The translations under genes and the position numbers were made by a program. Under the pieces are notes generated by a model. The model was not told the origin of the DNA and did no database searches. It was given only the letters and a program-made list of their open reading frames with translations. From a virus (Duplodnaviria > Caudoviricetes), in IMG/VR virus record IMGVR_UViG_3300037467_001195, positions 1 to 41,990 of that record: a stretch of DNA of 41,990 nucleotides, one strand, 5' to 3'. This document shows positions 15,795 through 22,844 of this stretch, piece by piece (positions within the stretch are counted from its first letter, which is position 1; each line of letters starts with the position of its first letter).

Positions 15795-15985
15795 GCGAAC
15801 TTCTGACCTTGGATGACATCGCGAAGCTCTGGAAGGTGCGCCGCGAGTTTGCCCGCCGCTACATCGTGCGCCGGCCGGGATTCCCGGATCCAGCGCCCGG
15901 ATCCACGCGCAAGAACCTGCGCTGGCGCGAGCCCGACATTCATGCGTTCCTGCTGGGTTCCCACGAAAACGCCCACCAATCGTGA
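15791..15985 (+). CDS. xis: Excisionase (Xis/AlpA-like)
   Basis: ELLTLDDIAKLW...RRPGFPDP..LRW; adjacent to attP and integrase. Confidence 0.75.
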   Translation: MSELLTLDDIAKLWKVRREFARRYIVRRPGFPDPAPGSTRKNLRWREPDIHAFLLGSHENAHQS

Positions 15986-15998
15986 TTTCTCCAATGAC

Positions 15999-16021
15999 TT
16001 CGATTCCGGCCTCCGGCACCA
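15999..16021 (+). other. attP core, tRNA 3'-end fragment (probably tRNA-Leu)
   Basis: TTCGATTCCGGCCTCCGGCACCA = T-loop, T-stem, acceptor stem and CCA; between xis and int; isoacceptor is from recall. Confidence 0.8.
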
Positions 16022-16141
16022 CCATATGGAATGCTCGCGTATCGCAGCGTTTCGTTCCGGTGGAAAACGGTTCGTCGCGGCTCATCAGGTACGATGCCGC
16101 CCACGATCATCCCACGGGAAAGTGGGATTGCGAGGGGCGCG

Positions 16142-17098
16142 ATGTACATCCAGAAAGTCGGAGACAAGTGGCGGTGCCTGGTCGAGAAGCACGGCCACCG
16201 GCCATCCAAGACATTCGACACGAAGGTCGAAGCCCAGCGGTGGGGGAACGCCAAAGAGGTCGAGCTAGACGCCCTGAAAGGATCCAAGGGCAAGACCTTC
16301 GGCGCGGCCACGGCCTACTACCTGCTGACGGTGAGCCCGGAAAAGGTCGATGCGGTCGAGTGGGATCGCCGGCGCTTTGCGTCGATGGCCGAGTTCTTTG
16401 GATCCACAACCCCGCTGGTCAAGATCACGAGCGCCGAGGTGGGCAAGTGGCGCGACTGGCGGCTGAAGTCGGTCAAGGGGTCCACGGTGTTGCGCGAGGC
16501 GAACCTCCTGCGCAACCTTTTCCGGCTGGCGCACGACGAATGGAAGTGGATCCCGCACGAGCCGTGGAAAGGCGTGCGGTGGCCGGAGGACTCCGAAGAC
16601 AAAGAGCTTGTCTGGGGCTGGAGAGAGATCCGGCGGGTGCTGCGCTACTGCCAGCGGGGAGGCCCGAAGCAGCAGGAAGTGGGGCGCGCATTCCACATTG
16701 CCTTACGCACGGGGATGCGGCTGAACGAGGTGTTGGCGGCTCGGCTGGCCGGGACAGTCGCCGTCCTACCCCGCCAGAAGACCTCCAAGAAGAACGCGGG
16801 TCCGGTCAAGGTGCCGCTGACCCGCCACGGTCGGCGCCTGCTTGCTGCTTCGGATCCGTTCGTCGTCGGCGCGAACGAGGCGAGTACGCTGTTCAATCAG
16901 GTCTGCCAACAGGTCGGGATCCGCGCGAAGGGCGAGCCAGGGCTCACGTTTCACGACAGCCGAGCGACGTTTGCAACCCTGATGGCCCGCAAGGTGGATG
17001 TCCTGACGCTCGCGGCCCTGACCAGGCACCGGGACATCAATCTGCTGCGGCGCAAGTATTACCGCGAGACTGCCGAGCAAATAGCCTCACGGCTATGA
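16142..17098 (+). CDS. int: Tyrosine integrase, Rci/HP1-like catalytic domain
   Basis: TGMRLNE, FHDSRAT, LTRHRD, KYY catalytic motifs; ATG at 16142 with GAGGGG RBS. Confidence 0.92.
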   Translation: MYIQKVGDKWRCLVEKHGHRPSKTFDTKVEAQRWGNAKEVELDALKGSKGKTFGAATAYYLLTVSPEKVDAVEWDRRRFASMAEFFGSTTPLVKITSAEVGKWRDWRLKSVKGSTVLREANLLRNLFRLAHDEWKWIPHEPWKGVRWPEDSEDKELVWGWREIRRVLRYCQRGGPKQQEVGRAFHIALRTGMRLNEVLAARLAGTVAVLPRQKTSKKNAGPVKVPLTRHGRRLLAASDPFVVGANEASTLFNQVCQQVGIRAKGEPGLTFHDSRATFATLMARKVDVLTLAALTRHRDINLLRRKYYRETAEQIASRL

Positions 17099-17113
17099 AA
17101 GGAGAATGAGGAA

Positions 17114-17293
17114 GTGAGCGAAACAGAACTGAAGCAATTGCTAGACCGCATCAGAAATGTGGCCCCGATGACCCCTGAGCAGATATTCGAGCAAAAGATC
17201 AGTTATGTATTCGGGATGCTCGATGCAGACAACCCGCTGACCAAAGACGATGTGCGCCGCATTCTCCGAGAACAGGCGGGGTACACCCCATGA
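17114..17293 (+). CDS. Small hypothetical protein (59 aa)
   Basis: Manual translation MSETELKQLLDRIRNVAPMTPEQIFEQKISYVFG... Confidence 0.65.
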   Translation: MSETELKQLLDRIRNVAPMTPEQIFEQKISYVFGMLDADNPLTKDDVRRILREQAGYTP

Positions 17294-17505
17294 CCCCCGA
17301 CCTCCCCGAACTGCCCTTCATTCCAGAATCGAACGAACTGCGCATTCGTCTACTGGCTTGGGGAAGGCAGTGCGTGATGCAGGAGCGGGAGCGGGCGGCG
17401 AAGGTTTGCGAGGAACTGGCGACCACTCACCACGAAATCGATGATTTGCTCGAAGAGCTGATTCACTCCGATTGCGCCGCCGAGATCCGTAAGGAGCCGA
17501 AATGA
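17290..17505 (+). CDS. Hypothetical protein
   Basis: ERERAAKVCE...CAAEIR phage motif; coupled. Confidence 0.75.
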   Translation: MTPDLPELPFIPESNELRIRLLAWGRQCVMQERERAAKVCEELATTHHEIDDLLEELIHSDCAAEIRKEPK

Positions 17506-17828
17506 GCGACTACACCGACGCGCAACGCTGGCAATGGCTAGCATCGCTCAAGTGCAATTCTTTCTCGCTTGGCAGAGATGAGAACCACGCCTGCAACTAC
17601 ATGACCGCGAAGCAGTGGATCGAAGAAACCTGCCACGAAGACTTTCAGGACGTGGCGCCCGACGAGTTGCAGCGCATGAAGGACACGAACACCATTTGGG
17701 CATTGCAGATTTATCCGCATACGCCTGTTGGCTTCAATGTCTGGTACGGAGCGACCGCAGAAAGCGTCGTTGATGCGGCCATGCGTGACTATGGAGTCGA
17801 ACCCGCAGCGGCTGTCCTTGCCAGATAG
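17502..17828 (+). CDS. Hypothetical protein
   Basis: DAQRWQWL..TNTIWALQIYPHTPVGF; AAGGAG RBS. Confidence 0.8.
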   Translation: MSDYTDAQRWQWLASLKCNSFSLGRDENHACNYMTAKQWIEETCHEDFQDVAPDELQRMKDTNTIWALQIYPHTPVGFNVWYGATAESVVDAAMRDYGVEPAAAVLAR

Positions 17829-18000
17829 GGAGTCGAGGTCGCAGGCTGGTTACTGCGCTTTGTCCTCGACATGGGGGTGTCCAATATTTTTGGCATTGGC
17901 CGTGCAAATTGAAGATTCAATCTTCAAACGGCCAAGTTTCAAGGTCGATTCGCACTTCGCCGGATTGAGCTTGAAAGACTGTACGCAAGTTGCGTAGGGA

Positions 18001-18201
18001 TCACACCGCAAAGTGCGATGGCCTGAAGTTCTTCCACGCCTCAAGAATCGATCTGCCGGTAGACCAATAGATGCGATCGGTTCCGGGGAAGCCGCACATC
18101 CAGTAGCCCCGATCCAGCTTAAGACGGGGTTTTCTGCGGATGCCGATGTATTCCCCCGGCTCTGCGAATGGATGCAGGACGTGCGGAGGGATGGGTTTCA
18201 T
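18001..18201 (-). CDS. Hypothetical protein
   Basis: MKPIPPHVLHP...; ATGA overlap with upstream gene. Confidence 0.55.
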   Translation of the reverse strand: MKPIPPHVLHPFAEPGEYIGIRRKPRLKLDRGYWMCGFPGTDRIYWSTGRSILEAWKNFRPSHFAV

Positions 18202-18350
18202 TTCTGCATCCTGTCGATGACGAGAAGACCCACGTTCGCAACGCTGTAGCCAAGATAGACCACAGTGAGCGGCCAATTTCCCTTTGCTCCATAGAGCGCA
18301 GCGGCAAGGCCGTAGCAAATCGTGGGAACTAGGATCAAGGCGAAGGTCAT
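18198..18350 (-). CDS. Small membrane protein (50 aa)
   Basis: Manual translation MTFALILVPTICYGLAAALYGAKGNWPLTVVYLGYSVANVGLLVIDRMQK. Confidence 0.65.
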   Translation of the reverse strand: MTFALILVPTICYGLAAALYGAKGNWPLTVVYLGYSVANVGLLVIDRMQK

Positions 18351-18393
18351 GATCTGCGCTTCATCGGTGAAGCGTGTATTGGGAGGTTGCGCT

Positions 18394-19431
18394 TCACATG
18401 CGCCCAGCTTCGATCTCTTGAGCCGTGGGGACGCTATAGACGGGTTCTGGCGCTTTGATGTGCGGATAGCGACGGTTGATGAATTTCAACGAAATCGGCA
18501 TCAGGTCGTACACCCCATCGCAAACGTCATTCAGGATGAGGAAACCTCTCCAGTGGTTGTTCCCCTGTGGTCCTAAGTACATTTCGGTGTGTTCGTAGCA
18601 AGATCCGGCGATGATGGAAGTTAGCAGCGCACCATCGGCCCGGTAGTCGGTGGCAATCTGCAATCCTTGTTGGTGGCCCGCGATGCAGGAACAGTGCTTC
18701 TTCAGGAGTTGCGCCCGCGCCGTAGAAGCAGGGTTGCCCTTCTGCCCGGTCGTGAAGTAGTGCGAGAACGCGATTCCTTCGACCATCACCACTTCAAGAA
18801 AGGGATAGACCTCCCAGCCGAAGTCCTTGTATTTCAGGTCGTCAATCGACATCACGCCGTCTAGCTTGGCATCGTCGTTGATGGCCCGTAGAACTCTTTC
18901 CTCATGGTTCCCAAGCGTGAGCACTAAACGGGGCTTGTAGGGCCTCTTGGGGTTGCGCTCGTTGTATTCGGTGATCGGCGTCATGAAGGCCGACATCGCC
19001 CAATGCGCAGCTTCTATGTCCCGTTTGTACCGTCTGCCTTCAAACGACTTCTTGCCTTTGTCGTAGGACGACAGCGACGGCAAGTCCGCGAAGTCTCCGA
19101 TGCACACGATAATGTCGGGTCGCTTCTCTACTGCGTACTGCCCGATGCGCATCAGGAACGAGAAGTCAATCCCCGGCTTGGCCTGGACATCCGGAATCAC
19201 CATGATCCGCTTACCCTCGTCGCTTTGGCGGGGTGGAATCTTCTTTGGCTTGTGAATGCCAGCCTTCTTGCACAGGACGGCGACGGTCTTTGAGTAGTAG
19301 GCATGGTTGGCTCCGTCTGCTAACGCAGCGGGCCTCGCACCTCCATACTTTTGAATCGACCTGAGAATTTGCGCCTGCGTCTCGGTTGCGAACTCGAAGA
19401 GAGCCTCGTCAACCTTGGTAGGGGCAACCAC
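18394..19431 (-). CDS. Calcineurin-like metallophosphoesterase
   Basis: VIPDVQ, IGDFAD, LGNHE, FSHY, AGHQQ motifs. Confidence 0.85.
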   Translation of the reverse strand: MVAPTKVDEALFEFATETQAQILRSIQKYGGARPAALADGANHAYYSKTVAVLCKKAGIHKPKKIPPRQSDEGKRIMVIPDVQAKPGIDFSFLMRIGQYAVEKRPDIIVCIGDFADLPSLSSYDKGKKSFEGRRYKRDIEAAHWAMSAFMTPITEYNERNPKRPYKPRLVLTLGNHEERVLRAINDDAKLDGVMSIDDLKYKDFGWEVYPFLEVVMVEGIAFSHYFTTGQKGNPASTARAQLLKKHCSCIAGHQQGLQIATDYRADGALLTSIIAGSCYEHTEMYLGPQGNNHWRGFLILNDVCDGVYDLMPISLKFINRRYPHIKAPEPVYSVPTAQEIEAGRM

Positions 19432-19432
19432 G

Positions 19433-19705
19433 TTAGGCTTTCCGGTCGTACTGCTCTAGGAACTGATGGAGCATGTTTCCTTGGGAGTCCACTTCGGTTT
19501 CGTCATGATCGTCCTTACCCAAGGTGTAGCGGATCGCATGCTGTAGTTCGTGGCAGAACGTCGCAGCCTTCATCTGATCCGTCAGGTCTTTGCGAAGACG
19601 AATCACCGCAGCTTCTGAATCGCAGTGCCCCATATCGGAGATTGCCGCCGACTCTTCGACGGTCCAGCGAGTGCCGGCCAATTGGAATGATTTGAGGATC
19701 TTCAT
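19433..19705 (-). CDS. Small HExxH metallopeptidase-like protein
   Basis: TFCHELQHAI...E. Confidence 0.7.
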   Translation of the reverse strand: MKILKSFQLAGTRWTVEESAAISDMGHCDSEAAVIRLRKDLTDQMKAATFCHELQHAIRYTLGKDDHDETEVDSQGNMLHQFLEQYDRKA

Positions 19706-19842
19706 TGCCCCAGCTCCCAGATCAAAACGCCGCAGAAAAACGCGCCAACGACAAGACCGCCCAGCCAACTGCCCAAGGCATACCCAATCAACCAGCAAGT
19801 CGCCTCTATCGCGCAGCAAGTGGTAAACAGGACGGTGGGCAT
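19702..19842 (-). CDS. Small membrane protein (46 aa)
   Basis: Manual translation MPTVLFTTCCAIEATCWLIGYALGSWLGGLVVGAFFCGVLIWELGQ; ATGA overlap. Confidence 0.5.
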   Translation of the reverse strand: MPTVLFTTCCAIEATCWLIGYALGSWLGGLVVGAFFCGVLIWELGQ

Positions 19843-19845
19843 AGG

Positions 19846-20274
19846 TCAAATCCGCGCGAGTAAAGACTCAGCTTCCATCGCCGCTTGAACTTGCTGGGTC
19901 TGCGCGTTGTTCGGCTTGTCCCAATGAGACTCACCGAATGACCGAACGGCCACGTAGAACGCATTTGCCGAGAACTCGCTATATCCGCAGGCAAGCATGG
20001 CCTCGCGAAGCAGCTTGTCCGCTGTGGCCCTGTCGCAGAATTGCGTGGAGTAGGCCCAGTCGTGGACTACCGCCGCCTTGTCTCCCTTGCCTCCGGCTGC
20101 CAGGTACACGAAAGGAAGTCTCGGCACCGAAGCAAAGTCAGTCACGAACCCCTGAGGGACCGTTAGGACTCGGCCGAGCAAGTCGGAGCGATAGGAGAAG
20201 TCCGCAAGCAGTGTCCATAGCCCCTTGAGTTCGTCGGTTTCCTCCACTCGAAGAGGAGTGAGGAATTCGCTCAC
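19846..20274 (-). CDS. DUF1353-family protein
   Basis: VPQGFVTDFASVPR..KAAVVHDWAY..RATAD..AVR.FG. Confidence 0.85.
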   Translation of the reverse strand: MSEFLTPLRVEETDELKGLWTLLADFSYRSDLLGRVLTVPQGFVTDFASVPRLPFVYLAAGGKGDKAAVVHDWAYSTQFCDRATADKLLREAMLACGYSEFSANAFYVAVRSFGESHWDKPNNAQTQQVQAAMEAESLLARI

Positions 20275-20606
20275 TTCGCACCCGACGCGGCTTGAGCCGG
20301 GACTTGGACCGTAATGTTGATCGGCTGCGTCTTGTCGAACAGGCTGTTCGGATCGGCCGAGCCGTTCGTGCAGGAGGCCTTGATCGCCGCGACCGACTGT
20401 GGGTTGCGGATCGCAGCGCCCACCGATGTCCCTTCGCACAGCGCCGCGAGGGTCACAGCCAGCTTGTTGTCGTTGATCTGCTTAAGGCCGGAATATGCCG
20501 CGCTTTCGTAGCCGGTGACGGCTTGCTGGAATGCTCCGAAACCCGCGCAGCCAGACAAGCATGCGGCGAGGAATAGGGCCGAGAGGATCAGGAATACGCG
20601 TTTCAT
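20271..20606 (-). CDS. Lipoprotein in lysis module, possible spanin component
   Basis: MKRVFLILSALFLAACLSGC lipobox. Confidence 0.7.
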   Translation of the reverse strand: MKRVFLILSALFLAACLSGCAGFGAFQQAVTGYESAAYSGLKQINDNKLAVTLAALCEGTSVGAAIRNPQSVAAIKASCTNGSADPNSLFDKTQPINITVQVPAQAASGAK

Positions 20607-20776
20607 TGAGAGGCTCCTTGGTTGGATGCGAGGTGATAAGCCCCAAGTCCCGTCAGGACGTTGGAACAGGCAAGGGTGATTTGGGAGACATCGATGTCTG
20701 CCCAGAAGTGCTTTGCAATGACAGCGGCGCACCAGACCACGGCAGCGAACGTGCCGACATAGAGTTTGTCGAGCAT
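20603..20776 (-). CDS. Small holin-like membrane protein (57 aa)
   Basis: Manual translation MLDKLYVGTFAAVVWCAAVIAKHFW...LACSNVLTGLGAYHL; AAGGA RBS. Confidence 0.55.
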   Translation of the reverse strand: MLDKLYVGTFAAVVWCAAVIAKHFWADIDVSQITLACSNVLTGLGAYHLASNQGASQ

Positions 20777-20823
20777 AGGAATCCTTCGGGCTCACGCGGC
20801 CCGTGTTGCGGGATGAGGAAAAT

Positions 20824-21291
20824 TCAGTGCGCCGGGTACTTTTCGGCGCAGGCTCGCCAGTCGGCGTAGATGCAGCTCTGTGCTTCCCTGAGATCAATCT
20901 GACCCGAGCAAACCAGCTTGTGAAGGCGCACTTCGAGCGCGTCTTTCAGGTGGGCTTGTGTATCCAGCCCATCGGCATCCTTGGGTGTTTCGACCGGATT
21001 TCCGTACCACTGCTGGATGCGAAGGTTTCGCGGGTCTTGCGGAGCGCCGCCAAGGACAAGGCTGATAACGTGGTCCAACTCAAAGCTCGCCGCATCACTT
21101 CTGGCGATGCCTAACGAGTCCATCTTTGCAATCTTGATCTTGTTCGTGATGGAGACTCGTGGGCGAACCGGTTTGTCCCAATTGGGGACACAGACGGTTG
21201 ATTTGATGTTCTCCGGAGTGACATCCGGATTCACCGGTAGATCCTGGGCAAACACTGAGCATGCGAGCAAGAGCCCACTCCATGCGGTCAT
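20824..21291 (-). CDS. Putative exported HNH-like (His-Me) protein
   Basis: Signal-like LLLACSVFA; FELDHVISLVLGGAP.DPRNL; start uncertain. Confidence 0.65.
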   Translation of the reverse strand: MTAWSGLLLACSVFAQDLPVNPDVTPENIKSTVCVPNWDKPVRPRVSITNKIKIAKMDSLGIARSDAASFELDHVISLVLGGAPQDPRNLRIQQWYGNPVETPKDADGLDTQAHLKDALEVRLHKLVCSGQIDLREAQSCIYADWRACAEKYPAH

Positions 21292-21342
21292 GGTCGCGCG
21301 AATAGTAGGCAAGCCTGATCTCCGTCTTGAGTTGTTCAAGGT

Positions 21343-21786
21343 TCATGTTCCCGGCGCAAATTGCCAAAGGCCGGAGCGCATTTGCTCTGCGAGTCTCTTG
21401 GCACGCTCTGGGGTTTGCTGCGCCCACTTGCTTTGCATCATGTCGAATGCTGCCTCGTCGTACCTGCCTCCAGCCACCGCTGAGAGCGTGTTTTTGAAGG
21501 CAAGCAGTCCGTCGACTCCCATCTGATAGGCCATGTTCAGCAAGACCCCTTTTCTGGCGTCATCGAGGCTGTCAAACCAAGTAAGCGACGAGTGCAATGC
21601 ATTGATTCGATCGTCCACCCTGTTGTTCAGGATGTAGGAGATTTCATCGTCTCGCAATCCCGCCTCAGGGTGGCGAGAATCCACCAGAAACCCGACTCCG
21701 ATCGTGTCGTAACCGAGGGAATCCTTGTAGACGCACCGGCGCACTCCCTCATCGCCTCGAAGCTGGCGGATAAGGTCGGTTTTCAT
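21343..21786 (-). CDS. Endolysin, T4-lysozyme/GH24-like
   Basis: DEGVRRCVYKDSLGYDTIGVG, NMAYQMG, SKWAQQTPERA. Confidence 0.92.
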   Translation of the reverse strand: MKTDLIRQLRGDEGVRRCVYKDSLGYDTIGVGFLVDSRHPEAGLRDDEISYILNNRVDDRINALHSSLTWFDSLDDARKGVLLNMAYQMGVDGLLAFKNTLSAVAGGRYDEAAFDMMQSKWAQQTPERAKRLAEQMRSGLWQFAPGT

Positions 21787-21788
21787 CC

Positions 21789-21953
21789 TTACCGCCCGTG
21801 AATCCAGCGTTGCACTGTCTTCGTCTCGTAGATGCGAATCGCGCTCCAGATCAGCGATGCGAGAGCCGCCAACGGGGGAAGCCATGCCGCAAGTGCAGCA
21901 AGAGCTGTCCCGACAGAGATCGCGTCTATCCAGTGCTTAACGTGGTCGTTCAT
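21789..21953 (-). CDS. Putative holin (54 aa)
   Basis: Manual translation MNDHVKHWIDAISVGTALAALAAWLPPLAALASLIWSAIRIYETKTVQRW; AAGGAG RBS; precedes endolysin. Confidence 0.7.
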   Translation of the reverse strand: MNDHVKHWIDAISVGTALAALAAWLPPLAALASLIWSAIRIYETKTVQRWIHGR

Positions 21954-22002
21954 TGGGCGCGGCTCCTTTTTGTCGCGGCATGGGTCGTGGCCCTTTCGGG
22001 TG

Positions 22003-22035
22003 AAGAAAAACCCGCCGCGATTGCTCGGGGCGGGT
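22003..22035 (-). terminator. Intrinsic terminator after HNH gene
   Basis: ACCCGCC...GGCGGGT stem followed by T tract on minus strand. Confidence 0.75.
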
Positions 22036-22068
22036 AAGAAAAGAAAACCAGCGAAATCGGATTAGTAA

Positions 22069-22572
22069 TTAAATAGTGCAGCCTGCGTGCCGCTCGCGTT
22101 TGGCTGCCAGATAGGCAGCATGCGCCTCTTCTGGCGTTTTGAAATCGCCAAGAAATCTCGTTCGTCCATTCACGTAAATTCGGGCCGAGTAACTTCCCCG
22201 GTCGGCCCTGACGTGCGCCCCAAGCAGTCCACTTTGGGATGCCATCGTAGCCCTGCGCATATTCTGCAAATTGACGCATCTCGGAACGTCGCGGAGGTTT
22301 GCGATGCGGTTATCTGATTTGTCGCCGTTGATGTGGTCGATGTGCAATTGAGGCCACGAACCATGCATGTACAGCCAAGCCAGGCGGTGCGCATACTGCA
22401 AATGACCATTAACTCGAAGCACGATGTACCCATCGCGATTAGGACAGCCAGCTTCCGCGCCAGCCTTCCATCGCCCTTGATGCGAGTTTCTCTCCCGCGT
22501 GAACACGCCAGAATCGGGATCGTAATGAAGCAGTTCGCGCAGTCGTTCGGCAGTAAGATCGGTCTTAGCCAT
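22069..22572 (-). CDS. HNH homing endonuclease with AP2-like C-terminus
   Basis: LLHYDPDSGVF, AHRLAWLYMHG, IDHINGDKSDNRIANLR, LGDFKTPEEAHAAY. Confidence 0.92.
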   Translation of the reverse strand: MAKTDLTAERLRELLHYDPDSGVFTRERNSHQGRWKAGAEAGCPNRDGYIVLRVNGHLQYAHRLAWLYMHGSWPQLHIDHINGDKSDNRIANLRDVPRCVNLQNMRRATMASQSGLLGAHVRADRGSYSARIYVNGRTRFLGDFKTPEEAHAAYLAAKRERHAGCTI

Positions 22573-22650
22573 GAAGCGGTCCTTTCGCTGATTGGTCAGA
22601 GGCTCGCAGGTGTTAGCGCACTCTGCGGGCTTCGTTATTTTGCCTGATCG

Positions 22651-22666
22651 CTGTATGAAAAACCAG
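22651..22666. promoter_or_regulatory. LexA (SOS) box
   Basis: CTGTATGAAAAACCAG fits the beta/gammaproteobacterial CTGT-N8-ACAG consensus with one mismatch; intergenic. Confidence 0.7.
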
Positions 22667-22700
22667 CGAATTCTGACGATCTGCGGGCTATCATCGCGGC

Positions 22701-22844
22701 GTGCAGTTCACCGCCTACCTCTGGCTAAAACTCGTCGTACTGTGCGTCTTAGCTGTCTACCTTGGTTGGCGGCGGGCCAGACCATTGCCGCCCAAGCCGC
22801 GAAAGGCTACTCCAAGTGGATACACCGAAGCCGAGCGTCTTTAG
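22701..22844 (+). CDS. Small single-TM protein (47 aa), superinfection exclusion candidate
   Basis: Manual translation MQFTAYLWLKLVVLCVLAVYLGWRRARP...; stop overlaps stop of the convergent ejection gene. Confidence 0.6.
   Translation: MQFTAYLWLKLVVLCVLAVYLGWRRARPLPPKPRKATPSGYTEAERL

Noticed and set aside
15960-16025. Complete tRNA gene
   Set aside because: Only the 3' 23 nt are tRNA-like; no D or anticodon arm upstream, so it is called attP.
15982-17109. 375-aa ORF overlapping the integrase
   Set aside because: Arg/Gly-rich alternative frame with no motifs; the integrase frame has all catalytic residues.
19433-19705. ImmA-like antirepressor protease for CI
   Set aside because: Only an HExxH motif supports it, and the gene is in the late operon far from cI.
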